Shown here piece by piece: positions 25,493 to 40,571 of a DNA stretch of 64,000 bases. Source of the stretch: Octopus sinensis. Taxonomy: Eukaryota. The notes below the pieces were generated by a model. That model was given only the letters and a program-made list of their open reading frames with translations. It was not told where the DNA came from and searched no databases. Both the position numbers and the translations under genes were made by a program. The number at the start of each line of letters is the position of its first letter. The first letter of the stretch is position 1. Where the stretch lies: NCBI RefSeq assembly GCF_006345805.1, contig NC_043002.1, positions 55,428,001 through 55,492,000 of the forward strand, in the 5' to 3' direction.

Positions 25493-25935
25493 AGATATAA
25501 TATATCCATACGTAGAATAATATATATATACACACACACATGTGTGTGTATGTGTGCGTTCGTGCGTGTGTATGTGTATGGTATCATAAGGTGTTACTTT
25601 GAGGACTAAGAACTTTCTTGGGGAGGTGGAACATATTAAGCGTACGAGTATGTTTATAAGTGTGTGCGCGTGTGTGTGTGTGTTATATGTGTGTGAGTCT
25701 TCGTGTGTGTCTGTGTATTAATATCAATTAATGTTTACCTAATTACAATATTCTTTTCATATATTTCAGATATTTTCAAACATCAAACAAAATGTCGAAG
25801 TAGATGACAGTCTTTTGCTACCGGACGATGTGCCAATAATCCAGCAGCAGCGATGGTTTACCCATAATTACACTCCAATACACTTCATGAAAAATAATAA
25901 ACCACATTCAAAATACTCTACAATCCTTTATGTAA
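22480..25935 (+). pseudogene. copy B of the putative four-helix cytokine gene: exons 22480-22504, 22621-22778, 23842-23975, 24107-24339, 25770-25935
   Basis: Exons 1-2 intact. Exons 3-5 carry scattered small indels, mostly 1 bp, which may be sequencing error. Confidence 0.8.
22985..23415 (-). mobile_element. ~430-bp retroposon-like repeat in intron 2 whose 3' end runs into an (AAT)n tail (also ~33945-34330, ~48670-49075, partial ~6475-6560 and ~63935-64000)
   Basis: Tail structure seen directly. Resembles a common octopus interspersed repeat from memory; family not determined. Confidence 0.5.
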
Positions 25936-26152
25936 TTAATTCCTGTTCTAATACTTCTGTGAAACAATCTCAGTTAGAGAAAAATCAGATACAAGTGATC
26001 GTTTCAATAATGTAGAAGTGTTTTAGCTTCACCACTTAATAATCATATCGACGATTATATTAATCGTTAGATAACAATATTCCATCAAATTTTGATCTTA
26101 TATTTTCTTATCACGTTTATAATCGTAAACAATATATATTTCTCCTTTATGA

Positions 26153-26158
26153 AATAAA
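26153..26158 (+). terminator. AATAAA polyadenylation signal ~220 nt after the stop (also 8631-8636, 37155-37160; deleted in D and E)
   Basis: Position and conservation in copies A, B and C. Confidence 0.5.
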
Positions 26159-26384
26159 TATTTCTATTTAATATTGTGACATCGATGTTATTGGTATTAC
26201 ACCGATGGGACTATTGGCGCATCAATCTAAATATATTTTTCTATATATTTACTTATGTATATATCTATATATATATTTATTTATATATACACACCATATC
26301 TACGTTATTTAATTCATTGTATAAATTACTAATTTCCTCATTCTACATACTATTTTTTAATCTTAAATATATATATTATACATA

Positions 26385-26585
26385 AGGCGGCGAGCTGGCA
26401 GATTCGTGGCACACCGGGCGAAATGCTCATTGTTATTTTGTCTCTGTGCTTTAGTTCTGAGTTAAAATTCCGCCGATGTACACTTTGTCTTTCATCCTTT
26501 CGAGGGTCGATAGATTTAGTAGCACTTGCGTACTGGGATCGATCTAATCGACAGATCCCTCACCCTAAATTCCGGTCCTTGTGTG
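26385..26585 (+). mobile_element. tRNA-derived SINE, unit B copy
   Basis: Same as 8857-9056. Confidence 0.75.
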
Positions 26586-27078
26586 CTGAGTAGAAAAGAA
26601 AAATATATTCTAATGCATTATTCTTGTAAGACTTTCAGGCATACGCACACACACACACACATCACATACACACATGTATATACGCCAATATCATTTCTAT
26701 TATTATTATATAAATGAGTATTATATTTTGTATGGAAACATTAAAGTGTTAATATTTTATTATATATTTCAATTGTTTGTGTTTTTGATTTTGTTCTTAG
26801 AGTGAATTACAACTCCCTTCAAACATTTCTTTATCTTTAAAATATATTTTATATACATTATATTACAGGTATCTCACTAATAGGACCTTTATTCTGTCCG
26901 TGTTGATAAAAAAGCACCAATATGTAATGGGTTCGACGAAGTCCACTTACCACTCCTGCGAAATTCCTGACCTTGACCAAAGTTGGAAGCTATCACTCGT
27001 TGCAATCCGGTCTGTGCCAGAGGGAATCGTATATATATGTACGATTGATTTCTTTCAGTTTCTATCTACGAAATGCAT

Positions 27079-27130
<52 letters not shown>

Positions 27131-30100
27131 TAATATATATATGTGTGTGTGTGTGTGTGTTTGTTGTGTGTGTGTGTGTGTGGTGTGTGTGTGTTGTGTT
27201 GTCTTTGTGTGTGGTGTGAGTGTGTGTAAGTATATAAATGATTACTTCAGTACTGATAAAATCTATTAATTATTTAATTAATAATTCTTTACCCGATACA
27301 TACATATATATGTATATATATATATATATAATATATAATAGATATATATATATGTAATGTATGTATGATGTATGTATATATATTATATTGTATGTGTATA
27401 TATATAATAAAAATATATATGTATGTATTATATATATATATATGTACAATATATATATATGGAAGAATACGATTGACACGCAAACGCATGCGTACTTGAG
27501 TCAGGCACGGAAATATTTCGCTGGAGCCCATCATAAATATCTTTTTCATCATCCTTGTCCTTCTCCTTCCCGTTTTGCTTTGTCAACGATGTCGCCGTCA
27601 TCGTCATCACTATCATCATCACCACCAGCATACAGTTGTGTTAATTTATTCGATATACCAATTTACGTATTAAACGCATTCCTGTGGCTGAAATGTAAAT
27701 ATTAATGATTTGTGTAGGCACGTGCTATTTCGTTATGCATAACGTGCCTATAAGCCGCTAATAGTACCTATGTAGTTTCATCCAGATACCGTATATCTCT
27801 AGGAGGTCATTAATATTTCTGCAACGATATATTAAGAAGCATAAATAATCTGGAGCGTCTTTATAATCTCTAAATGAAAATAAATGATAAATTTCCACTT
27901 TTATATATCATGACGCTCATCTCACCAACTCACACCGCTATTTATATGAAAATAACGCAAAAAAATGTCTACTTTATGACAATCATTTTCAACACAAATC
28001 GAGTGACAGTGCTGCAGCGCATTGAATTAGAACAAGTCGGAAGCAAAAACGGGACAAAATTTGTGAATGATTGGAATTACGAGAGAGATTGAGAGAATGT
28101 GCTGTAATATGTAAGAATGGGAATTTGACGAAGAATATATGAGAAGGATGTTCACATCCAGTATACAATGAATACTTCTGGATAATGAATAGCATGAGAT
28201 CACAAACATTGATGAGGAACATGGCTGGATAATGAACATTGTACGATAGTAAACAGAGTATGATGGCGAGCTCTGTTAGATAATATACACTATTTGATAG
28301 TGAGACTGACTGATAGGTAACACTATTGGATTGTGAACACTGTTGGATGGTGAACACTGCTGGGCAATGAGCGTTGTAGCAAAGTAAACACTGTTAGATA
28401 ACGAGCAATGTAGGATGGTTAACATTGTTGTATAACGTGCGTTGTTGGAGTGTGAGAAATGTCAGATAATGAATGCTTTAGGATTGTAAATAATGCTGGT
28501 TTGTGGTGATTAATGATGAACATAGCTTGTTAGGAAACAAGATAGTGAACACTGTTGTAGAATGAACGTCGCAGGCTGGTGGACTGAGTTTGTCAGTGAA
28601 TACAGATATGCAACGGAAATTCTTGTATAATGTACGTAGTTAAGTATGGAACAACGTGAATAGACATTGTTGGAAAATGATCACTGTTGGGTAATGATCT
28701 CTTTTGGACATTAAATGCTGTTCGTTAGTAAACAGTGTTGGGTAATACACACTATAGAATAGTGAAACACTGTTGGGTAGTGAACAGTATTAGATGGGTA
28801 TGTCGGTTAGACGTTAAAAATAAATACTGTGCTTAATAGAAACTGTTGGATAATGAACAGTGCTCAGTCACATACACTGTGAAAATGGTAAGATTCTTGA
28901 TGGTGTGAACGCAGATACGGTAAAATCTTTGGGACTATGAGCAGTGTTGGATAATGAACGCTGTTGGATAGTAATCATTACTGAATTGTGATTCGCACGA
29001 ACACAATATAGTGAACACTGCTGGATAATGAACACAACTGGGTCATCAACATTGCTGGGCGGCTAAGCAATTTGTCGAAAGTGCTTCTGATTCTGTCAGC
29101 TTACCGGTTCCGTGTCTACATTCTGATAATTCTTGGGCATTCATCTACAAAGAAGTGGGAGAGTTGAGAGAATATTTGCTCTAACCAACATTTTACTAAA
29201 AGGTAGAGGCTCCAGATTATTTATGCTTCAGAATATATCGGTGTAGAAATATTGCGAAATCAGTCCAGGCATTGCCAAACGTGGCAACGAGATGGCACAA
29301 AAAACTTCTCGCATGGGATTACTAGATACTGACGCTTCTTGTCAATCATACATTCCCACACGGTGAGAGTTCAAACGGAATACAAGTCTCAGTCTTCAAA
29401 TTTCGAGTTTAGGCCAGAATTTCAAGAAATGGACGAATTAATTGATAAGTACACATATATTTCTAGGAATGAATTCGCTAAGCGGAGCTATAGAAATCTT
29501 CTAAAGAACAAAATTAGTATGGGAATCGTCGTATCGAGGAGGAAAGTTTTATTTCCTCTCGCTGTTTTAAACAACGCGTGGGGAGCGACGTCCGAAGTTT
29601 ACCGTGCGGATATTCTCTGACATGTAAAAATTGTTTGTCTTCGAGAAATATCGATGAAATGGCACCAAAGATTATCATTTGTATGTAATATTAAAGCCCG
29701 ACGTGATGGGTTTTCCCATTTGAATACGTCGCATTATGTCGTAGGGTATACGTTTTCACAAGTAAGGCCGATTCGTTTTCCATTTGTTTTCTTTCTTCTC
29801 TCTTTCTCTCTCCTACTGACAAAGTTCGCTGTTAAAGATTTTTCTATTTTAATATCGTACTTATCTCTTAGTCTATACTGTCTTTCCTATCTCTCTCTCT
29901 CTCTTTCTCTCTCTTTCCCTCACACAAACACACATATTCTCACAACCGCGTGCACTCACAAATACAGACTAATGTAATATATATGAGTTTCTTGTGTTCT
30001 TTTATTTATTTCTCTCATTATTTTGCCTTTAGTCGAGCAAATCGACCGCAGGACATTCTTTGCAAGCCTATTATTTAGGCCTATTGCCGAATCGCTACCT

Positions 30101-30225
30101 TCGTAAACACATAAACATCAGTTGTCAAGCGATGGTTTGGGGACAAACACACAGAGAAAAATTGATACATACATACATACATACATACATACATACATAC
30201 ATACATGCATGTATACATACATATA

Positions 30226-30258
<33 letters not shown>

Positions 30259-30512
30259 CATACACACAGAGACACAAGAATACCAAAAGTATATATATAT
30301 ATATATATATATAGATAATATATATATAATATATGTATGTATGATATATGTATGTGTATGTATATGTGTATGTATACATATATATTGTGAATTTATGTAT
30401 ATTATATATACATACATACATATTCTAAATCTGACGATTACATTTTATTTTATATCTCTCTATATAGACAGGTATACAGTTACGTATATGTATATATATG
30501 TATATACATATG

Positions 30513-30561
<49 letters not shown>

Positions 30562-30565
30562 ATAT

Positions 30566-30631
<66 letters not shown>

Positions 30632-31185
30632 AATATACATATATATATATTTAATACTGAAACACGTGTAGTTCCTTCATCTTTATATATAAAGAAGAGA
30701 TTGTGTGTGTGTGTCTGTCTGCGTGTATGTGTATCTTTCTATCTGTCTGTTTGTCGGTATGCCTGTCTAGTGAGAACTACACAACCAATTTCATTCAAAT
30801 TTTACACATGCCCATCTCAAGGTCCAACTTAGTGTCATAGTCTAAATTTTTTTTTAGCTTCTTGCCTAGTGCGGGCCGAGAGCAATATATATCTCCCCAC
30901 TATTTCAGTATTACATGGTAAATGTGAAAACAATAACATCTCTCTATAGTTATGTCAGATACGTTCACTTTAAAACTATTAAAGTGAAACTATTATCTCA
31001 CATATATACAGGCATTCATACGTACGTACATACATACATACATACATACATACATACATACATACATACATACATACGTACATACATACATACATACATA
31101 CATACATACATGCATACATAAATATATACATACATACATACATACATATAATATATATATATATATGTTTACATCTGCACACATC

Positions 31186-31227
<42 letters not shown>

Positions 31228-31379
31228 GATGTATCTATATACATTTATATATATAGTTGTATATGTATACATGTTTATTTATAGATGTACATATATACAT
31301 GTATGTATATAAATAGATGTATATGTCTACATGTATATGTGAAGATGTATATATATATATATAAATGTACATGTAATAA

Positions 31380-31421
<42 letters not shown>

Positions 31422-31957
31422 CACACATATATACATGCATACATACATACACCATACACACACATAGACACATACACATACACACAACATATATACATAG
31501 GTATGCTGTGGCTGTGTGGTAACAAACTTGGTTCCAAGACACATGGTCCTGGGTTCAGTCCCACTGTGTGGTGACTTGGCATGTGTCTTCTGCTTATATC
31601 TGACAAACCAAAGCCTTCTCAGGGATTTTGTAGATAGAAACTGAAAGAAATCAGTCGTATATACATGTATATATATATGTATGTCTATGTGTGTGTACAA
31701 CTGTTAACTTCTTGCCTAGTGCGAGTCCACAGCAATATTATATCTTCAGTATTTCAGTATTGTGTGTCAGAAGTGAAACAATAATATCTCTCTATTTTTA
31801 GTCAGTTAATTTTACTTTAATAGTTTCGCTTTCATACTGAAACAATGAAAGTGAAACTATTGTCTCACATATATATGGGCATACATACATACATACATAC
31901 ATACATACATACATACATACATACATACATACATACATACATACATACATACATACG

Positions 31958-31988
<31 letters not shown>

Positions 31989-32108
31989 ATGTATACATAT
32001 TCACAAATGTATATATATAGATATATCTATGTATAAATGTATATATATATATATCTATATGTATATATGTATATATAAATGTATATATATAGATATATAT
32101 ATATAATG

Positions 32109-32167
<59 letters not shown>

Positions 32168-32178
32168 ATAATGTTATA

Positions 32179-32222
<44 letters not shown>

Positions 32223-32364
32223 TGTGTATGTATACATGTATATGTATAGATGTATTTCTATAGATATACAATATGTACAAAGCTATAATAAAAAAAACAC
32301 TAGGCAGGGTCTCATATTTTGTGTTTGCCCACTCAGTTGTATCTATAAGTTTATCTTTTTCTCT

Positions 32365-32406
<42 letters not shown>

Positions 32407-33030
32407 GTATATGTATATTCAATCGGAATTTGGTAAATTGTCCTTTCGAAACACGTGTAGAATGAAATAAAACGATTTCTGTTCAATCTTCGCTCAACTC
32501 CATTCTTCAATTCATATATATATATATATATTATATATATATATATAGAATGCGGTAAGCGTATACCGACGGTTAAACTTCAGACCAAGAATATCTTGAG
32601 TAGATTAAAGCTTATAATGTCATGAAAATATAATTGTTAAACATACATGAAAGTAATCGTCTTTCCAATAGTATGTATATATATATATATATATATAATA
32701 TATATATATATTATATATATATATATATATATCTTCTGCCTTTTACTTGTTCTAGTCGCTAGTTTGCGGCGATGCTGTGGCACGACCATGAGAATTTTTT
32801 GTCGAATGTACTAACCCGATGATTTATTTCTGAAAGCTATGTACTTATTCTGTTGGTAAATTTACAAGCATTCTGTTAATTTACAGCATTGGTCGTCAAG
32901 CGGAACTCAAGGGGGAGGGACAATGGCACACACACACATACATACATACACACGCACACACACACACAATGCATACAGAAACACACAAACTCATTCATGC
33001 ACATATGTATATATATGTATATCCCGAACA

Positions 33031-33088
<58 letters not shown>

Positions 33089-33456
33089 ATATATATATAT
33101 ATATATATCTATAATATATATATCTTGATATGCCTCTATATATGTGTATATAAGTGCTTTTAAGTAGCCTCGTCTTTCCTGTCATATATAAAATATCGCA
33201 TCTTTCCCTAATTTGAATATTTCTATTTTTATCACTGCTGAATACAACATTGCAGTACATTGTTTTTAGTTCTATTATTTAATTATCGCACTCAATTCCT
33301 ATGGTAGAACAAAACAACAAAACACTTAAAACGTGGCCTTCTTCCACTCAGCCAAATATCTATTCACTTCTCTTTAACACACTACACAAGAACTTATGGT
33401 TTATATTTAGTGGAACTATGTTAAATATGTGTGAATATCGTTTATTGAGTTCCAAA

Positions 33457-34743
33457 ATGTTCAGCTCATTGTTTACTACACGTGAAAAACTAACAGCGAC
33501 TTCACGAGTTATTTCTTTTTAATAATAACAATTCCTTCAATGTCTCCCTTTCCTTCTAAATGTTCCTTAATGGTATTTTTTTCCATTTTCCCGTAGACTG
33601 GCAATATATATTGGTCCTATGTATCTCAGTCTGGACTTCATTCATCCAGGGAGCATCGATAAAACCTACAGCGATACCAATAAATAACATAAAAGCTCAG
33701 CTGGAGGCGGCTCGCAGGGCCTCAATAGCCGTGAACCCAACTTTGCATTCTTTTGTAAGTTTACATATATTCATTCATATATTATTGTTATTATTATTGT
33801 TATTCTTGTTGTTGCTGTTGTTGTTGTTGGTGTTGTTGTTCTTCTTCTTCTTCTTCTTTTCTTCTTCTTCTTCTTCTTCTTATTATTATTATTATTATTA
33901 TATTATTATTATTATATTATTATTTTATCATCATCATCATTGAGTGAGAGAGCAGTGCATGCCATCAACATAACACTGGAGTAACATATACGAAGCCCAG
34001 TATACATATCATGACTATCCGTCTGATAAGTGTACACCAGGCACATGCATCACAACCATATGTGCGTGACATGGTGATCTCATATCAAGATAAACAGCGC
34101 ATGAACTTACAGGTGGAGCCCAGTTAGAGTAACCCATCCTGCTCAAAAGGCCCCTGAATAAGGATTGTTTAAGGATGTTGAACGAACCACCCCTGTTTCC
34201 AAAGGTGAATTATCCAAATCCTCTAAAAATTCCTTTCAACACACGGATATGATGCTCCCCCATTACTTCTGTTTCTAATCAGAGATGCACATATCGTCAG
34301 CCATTAACGGACATGCTCAACTGGTTAAGGTCAAACAACTGACAAGCAAATCTGTGATATTGAGCAGAATATTTGCTGTAGCCCATCTTTATTATTATTA
34401 ATATTATTCTATGTTTGACTTTTGCTTTATGTCTGTACAAGTTGGCTCCAAGTCTCACCCAGAGACCTCAAGAGACAACAGGTTGGAAATTCTGTGCCAT
34501 ATATTTGGGTTTTTTTTTTTTTTTGGTGTTGTACTAGTGAATGTCTAATACATAAAAATAAAAAAAATAAAAAATAAAAATACAAAAAGTTTGTTTTAAA
34601 CCTTGGGATTACATAGAGAGTATTTTGCGTAGGATATGAGCAGGTCCCATGAGCACTATTATTATTATTATTATTTTTTTTTTTTTTTTCTGTGTTGTTG
34701 TTGTTATTATTATTATCATTATTAATATTATTATAATTATAAT

Positions 34744-34794
<51 letters not shown>

Positions 34795-36176
34795 AACTAC
34801 TACAACAACAACAACTACGACTACTACGACTACTACTACTACTACTACTATTATTGTTATTAATTTTTTTATTTTATTATTATTATCATTTCTTGTAATG
34901 CCACTCCAATAATATATTGCCTATCATATAAATAATGTTCTCGTAAATATCAATATTTATAACGACTACTTCCGTGTAAACGGACTTCTACTCAATTGTT
35001 TTCTAATCCTATCTGTCTAAATCTCAGACTCATAATATGTCACGTGTTTTTCTACAGTGAACACACACTCCAATCGCTTCTGCAGTAAGCTGTCCTCACT
35101 TTATTCATATGCTACTCAACCAGACGGAACTTACATTCCCTCAGCTCTACATTCAAGACGATATCACTATCGCGCAGACAGACTAGTCAAGGTATGTACA
35201 TTTATCAAAAACCCTTTCTTGAAATATTTATACACTTTCTGTCTAAACTCGATTCTATATTTTATAAGAAATCTCAATCATTGTCGAATAAAATTCAAGC
35301 TTCTCACAATTCTTTATTACAGATTGCTCTATCCAATATGTCAGCAACCCTCAGTCAATATGTTATAATTGAAGAATCAGAGGAAAAGAGAATATATTAG
35401 GCTGTGTGCCCCTGCCAAACGTATACAGACAGAGTGTCATTATCCCGCTGCCTGTTCTAAACTCACTCCCACATCTGATGCCATATTTTATTGTCATTTA
35501 AAACAAACGCTTTATTACTTGGTTGATACGATACTTTTCCTGGATTTACCGGTAAGAATTATTTTCCTCAAACTTCTCCCTGGATGATTACTTTAGATAT
35601 TACTCGTAGAATTCATCTGGGAAGTTATGATTGTTTATTTAAAGAAACTGTTGTCAAAGATCAATGGTTCATTCTTTAGATTCCTTTGGAGAAATATAGA
35701 ATCATTTCAAAGCGTTTTGCCTTCCATAGTTACCATACGATTACAACTTAAATCTCTTCAGGTTTTTTTCTTGCTTAAGATTTCTATTCTAAAGTGTTAC
35801 GTACAGAGGATAATCAGGTTACCCATCCGCTATTTCCTCAGTTTATGGTGCTTTTAAGTTGACAACAATGCGTATAGAATTGTAATCAGCATAGAAATCT
35901 AATTATTTCAAGTAAATACTACAATAGAATAATTTTTGAACCGTTCAAATTTAACAACGTAAATAGTCTATCAAAATGTTTCTATCAGATATACGTGTGC
36001 ATCCATGAGTTTCTATATTTCTTAGTAGCATATATCGTATACTACGTGTGTGTATATAGTTAGTATTAGGAAATGTGATACTTAATCTGTGTAAATGTCT
36101 CTGTCTCATTGAATCTTGGGGGAAAAGTTTCATTTGCCATGATTGAATCTCATCTGCGTGAGATTTCATATGAATT

Positions 36177-36210
<34 letters not shown>

Positions 36211-36211
36211 T

Positions 36212-36260
<49 letters not shown>

Positions 36261-36266
36261 TATATG

Positions 36267-36335
<69 letters not shown>

Positions 36336-36373
36336 ATATATTATTATATATAATATATATATAGTATATATAA

Positions 36374-36438
<65 letters not shown>

Positions 36439-36937
36439 TGTATGTATGTATGTATTTATGTATGTATGTAGAGGTATATATATATAGTAGATGTAGATAT
36501 ATATATATATCCATACGTACAAATATATATATATATACACACACACACATGTGTGCGTATGTGTGCGTTCGTTCGTGTGTATGTGCATGTATATCATAAC
36601 GTGTTACTTTGAGGACTAAGAAATTTCTTGAGAGGTCGAACATATTAAGCGTACGAGTATGTTTATAAGTGTGTGCGCGCGTGTGTGTGTATATGTGTGT
36701 GAGTCTTCGTGTGTGTCTGTGTATTAATATCAATTAATGTTTATCCCTAATTTACAATATTCTTTTCATATATTTCAGATATTTTCAAACATCAAACAAA
36801 ATATCGAAGTAGATGACAGTCTTTTGCTACCGGACGATGTGCCAATAATCCAGCAGCGATGGTTTACCATAATTACACTCCATAGACTTCATGAAAATAT
36901 AAACCACATTCAAAATACTCTACAATTCTTTATGTAA
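33457..36937 (+). pseudogene. copy C of the putative four-helix cytokine gene: exons 33457-33481, 33597-33754, 35058-35191, 35323-35551, 36779-36937
   Basis: Exons 1, 2 and 5 open. Exon 3 begins TGA and exons 3-4 have indels. Intron 3 donor is AAG|GTATGT. Confidence 0.8.
34405..34660 (-). mobile_element. 3' end of an R4/Dong-like (RLE) non-LTR retrotransposon in (TAA)n, copy C intron 2 only
   Basis: Minus strand encodes IVLMGPAHILRKILSM*, matching the R4-clade C-terminal pattern GTAHILRKVL. Followed by a short UTR with GAGGTCTCTGGGTGAGACTTGGA and then AAT repeats. Confidence 0.7.
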
Positions 36938-37385
36938 TTAATTCCTGTTCTAATACTTCTGTAAACAATCTCAGTTAGAGAAAAATCAGATACAAGTGTA
37001 TCGTTTCAATTATGTAGAAGTGTTTTAGCTTCACCACTTAATAATCATATCGACGATTATATTAATCGTTAAATACCAATATTTCCATCAATTTTGATCT
37101 TATATTTTCTTATCACGTTTATAATCGTAAACAATATATATTTCTCCTTTATGAAATAAATATTTCTATTTAATATCGTGTAACATCGATGTTATTGGTA
37201 TTACACCAATGGCACTATGGCGCATGAATCTAAATATATTTTTATATATACATACATATGTATATATCTATCTATATATTTATATATACATACCTATATC
37301 TACGTTATTTAATTCATTGTATAAATTACTTATTTCCTTATTCTATATACTATTTTTTTAATCTTTAATATATATACTATACATA

Positions 37386-37585
37386 AGGCGGCGAGCTGGC
37401 AGATTCGTTAACACACCGGGCGAAATGCTTATCGTTATTTTGTCTGTGTTTAAGTTCTGAGTTCAAATTCCGCCGATGTACACTTTGTCTTTCATCCTTT
37501 CGAGGTCGATAGATTAAGTAGCACTTGCGTACTGGGATCGATCTAATCGACAAGCTCCCTCCCCACAAATTCCGGTCCTTGCTTT
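37386..37585 (+). mobile_element. tRNA-derived SINE, unit C copy
   Basis: Same as 8857-9056. Confidence 0.75.
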
Positions 37586-38054
37586 CGGAGTAGAAAATAA
37601 AATATATTCTAATGCATTAGTCTTGTATGACTTTCAACCATACACACTCACATGTATATACGTCAATATCATTTTTATTATTTATTATATAAATGAGAAT
37701 TATATTTTTGTATGGAAACATTAAAATGTTATTATTTTATTTATATTCAATTGTTGTGTTTTGATTTTGTTCTTAGAGTGGATTACAACTTCCTTACAAA
37801 CATCGATATTAATTCACTATTTCTTCCATTATTTCTTGACATGAAAAGATTTGATATATTTTATAAACAATTTCTTTTTATATTCATGTTACACTCATTT
37901 CTTTATCTTTAATATATATTTTATATACAATATTTACAATGTATCTCACCAATAGACATTTATTCTGTCCGTGTTGATAAAATAAGCACCAGTAATTCCT
38001 GGCCTTGAACCAAAGTTGGAGACTATCACTCGTTCCATCCACCCTGTGCCAGAG

Positions 38055-38822
38055 GAATCGCTTCCCTTTTGAATAGAACGATTAAAACAGCTAAGAGGAA
38101 AATATGAAGATGCTGCAAAAACCTAGAAAAACCTTTCTTCTCTTCTTCGTTTTTCACTGTTTTGACGAGATTATATTATACTGCCCTCACTAGAGAAAAT
38201 GCAGTAGGGGAAAATATCCTGGAAATTGGGCACCCGTAATGAAGTAAAGCAAAATATCACAATTAATATTTTTGGTCGATATTAGATCGATATTGATCTC
38301 TGTTAATGGCCCATACCTGTGTTGAGTAGTCTTTCAGAAAAATCTCATACTTTCTTAAGAATGTCTTCTTCAAGACGTCGCAGAGTACGTTGGAATTGAC
38401 GTCCTTTCCTGCTTAGAAGTGAACATGTTTGTAGAGTAGAACCAACAACCATAGCGCAAGTGTTGCATTCAAGCTCCACGTTATATTCATGATGGCATCA
38501 GAAATGCATTTGGATGTTGATGGAACTGATTCTCACGCTTAACCATCGAAATTCAAACCAAACAACATGCATTATACCCGCTTTAAAGCATGAATCTAAG
38601 TTCCAAATATCATAAGAAACATTCAGTAATTTTGGTCCATGAAATTGTATGAAACACACAGCATTACCCTTCTCCCGGCTTGGATTTTAAGTTCCAAATT
38701 TCATGAGGTTTTGTGCAGTAGTTTCCGAATGTATAAGTAACGCACGAAGACACATAAGACATTGACTTTGATGTAATAGATATGAATATGCACATATACA
38801 TAGATGTATGTATATATGTATG

Positions 38823-38863
<41 letters not shown>

Positions 38864-39800
38864 AATAAAGTGTTAAAATCTGAAAGTTAAGTTAACAAGC
38901 GATTATATAAAAAAGATAACGCAAATGAAGCTAAAATGATAATTTTATAATTTGGGTTTTATTGAAGAACTCAAAAGAGTTGTCTCCCTTACTCACAACA
39001 CAGGAACTGAAGAACCAGGACCACAATTACTACTACTTCCTGTCCTGCAAACATGCTGAATTTAACAAACAACACATGCTCTTAATCCCTTTGGAACTTA
39101 ACACCTCAAGGTAATTTTTTCGTAAACAACCATAAAACTCAAGATACACAACGAACTCACAATGTATCGGAGAACTTATTTTTTAATTTTTGTACATTTT
39201 TATCATTATTCTTTTACAAAAAACAGTGCAATTTTCTTTTTTTCCCCTTTCTAATTTTTAAAAAAACTTTTTTAAAACATAAATATTCTTGACAAGTCAT
39301 ACAATGACGAAAACCGGTTGAATAAATATATATTTATATATTTTATCCATTTCTCATTTTATAAAATTTTCTTTCATTTGAGCATTCTGCATTTTAAAAA
39401 AATGTTTTCCTTACTTGCATTTCTCCACGGCGGTCAACACAACCCCACCATTTATTGATCTATATATATATATATATATATACATATATATTTATATATA
39501 TATATATATATATTTATATTAGAAGAAATGAGATACACACGCACACACACACACACACGCACACACACACACAAACATACACACACAAACACACACACAA
39601 ATATATATATATACAAATATATATGCATATATATACATACACACTCAAAAAGATAAATTGGTCTAGTGCTTTTTTATGTTGATGATCCCGGTTCTTATTC
39701 TATCAGTTTCTGCTAGTCGAACCAGTAAGTAATAGCTGTGAAGCAGTGATGAGGGCTAAAAACAGAGACAAAGACTCACGCATGCATTTTCATATATACA
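38055..39800. other. ~1.75-kb insertion specific to unit C, mixed repeat relics
   Basis: Absent from the orthologous positions in A, B and D. No assignable ORF. Confidence 0.6.
39284..39324 (+). ncRNA. degenerate Penelope-type hammerhead relic
   Basis: TATTC-TTGACAA-GTCA(TACAA)TGAC-GAAAA-CCGG-TT-GAATA. Stems intact; core has two transitions and one extra A. Confidence 0.4.
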
Positions 39801-39812
39801 TATAATATATAG

Positions 39813-39877
<65 letters not shown>

Positions 39878-39920
39878 GATTTATTTCTTTTAGTTTCTAT
39901 CTACGAAATGCATATGTGTG

Positions 39921-39951
<31 letters not shown>

Positions 39952-40051
39952 AAGTATATACATGATTATTTCACAACTTGGTAAGATATATTAATTATTT
40001 AATTAATACTTCTTTACCCGATGCATACACACACACGTATATATATGTATA

Positions 40052-40207
<156 letters not shown>

Positions 40208-40378
40208 AAAAACAAAAAGACAAATTAATAGATACCACCGAGTGGGCAAACAAAAATATGAGACTCTGCCTAGTGTTTGTTTTATTATGATAAGCTTTGT
40301 ACATATTGTATATCTATAGAAATACATCTATACATATACATGTATATATATATACCTGTATACATATACATCTATAAA

Positions 40379-40455
<77 letters not shown>

Positions 40456-40537
40456 TTACATGTATATATATACATATATATATATATATATACATGTATA
40501 TAGATATATCTATATATATATACATTTGTGAATATGT

Positions 40538-40571
<34 letters not shown>

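Noticed and set aside
35627-35857. Possible extra exon downstream of exon 4
   Set aside because: Open only in copy C because of two 1-bp deletions not shared by B, D or E.
38230-38560. Possible Tc1-like transposase relic on the minus strand
   Set aside because: Only a weak resemblance with stops; no catalytic motif or TIR pair found.
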